Shown in pieces: positions 63,916 to 64,000 of a stretch of 64,000 nucleotides of DNA. Position numbers and translations under genes: made by a program. The notes beneath the pieces were generated by a model, which was not told where the DNA came from, made no database searches, and saw only the letters and a list, made by a program, of their open reading frames with translations. Within the stretch, counting starts at the first letter, position 1. Every line of letters begins with the position of its first letter. This DNA comes from a plasmid. The stretch is from sequence record NZ_CP118918.1. One strand, written 5' to 3'.

Positions 63916-64000
63916 TTGCTGCTCGGCGAAGAGCGCTCGCTCGCGCCAGTTCGCTTCCTCGATGGGATCGGATGCGGGGGCGTCATTCAGGGGCGACGCT

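Overview
64 kb of high-GC (~65-67%) actinobacterial DNA, Mycobacterium-like by gene content (cyclopropane mycolic acid synthase, PapA5-like acyltransferase, cutinase, EthA-like BVMO, leaderless promoters). I could recognise no rRNA, tRNA or CRISPR array by eye. The window is a mosaic of five blocks. (i) 0-17 kb is a plasmid/ICE-like module: a 1970-aa MobF/TrwC-type relaxase-helicase, two Dam-like (D12-class) methyltransferase genes (one with degenerate catalytic motifs, one truncated by an IS21 istB remnant), an HNH endonuclease, a C5-cytosine methyltransferase, and two near-identical nrdH copies in inverted orientation about 14 kb apart. (ii) 17-31 kb holds accessory genes: a tandem-repeat lipoprotein, AraC, two Fic/Doc modules, a PP-loop (PAPS-reductase-like) protein, an XRE regulator, a secreted SNase-like nuclease and a zinc-ribbon coiled-coil protein. 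Several are driven by two families of recurring promoter/operator motifs. (iii) 31.3-33.6 kb is a low-GC inverted-repeat-flanked segment, an IS110-family element with a multiply frameshifted transposase, and a truncated HAD hydrolase. (iv) 33.5-52 kb is core-like lipid/xenobiotic metabolism: CMAS, a CYP102-type P450-reductase fusion, Zn-ADH, ECF sigma, BVMO+SDR, a paired SMR pump, TetR, FadD, alpha/beta-hydrolase+P450, cutinase, PapA5-like and TetR. (v) 52-64 kb is a defence island: an IS1182-family transposase remnant, a MazEF-like TA pair, an N-terminally truncated helicase with helicase-associated repeats, a ThsB-like TIR gene translationally coupled to a HIT-domain transmembrane protein (a candidate new Thoeris-like module), and a three-gene operon of a degenerate MTase-like protein, an Eco57I-family N6A methyltransferase and a T5orf172/GIY-YIG-SF2 helicase, resembling a split Type ISP restriction system with a different nuclease. 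All calls rest on motif recognition by eye; no database searches were run.
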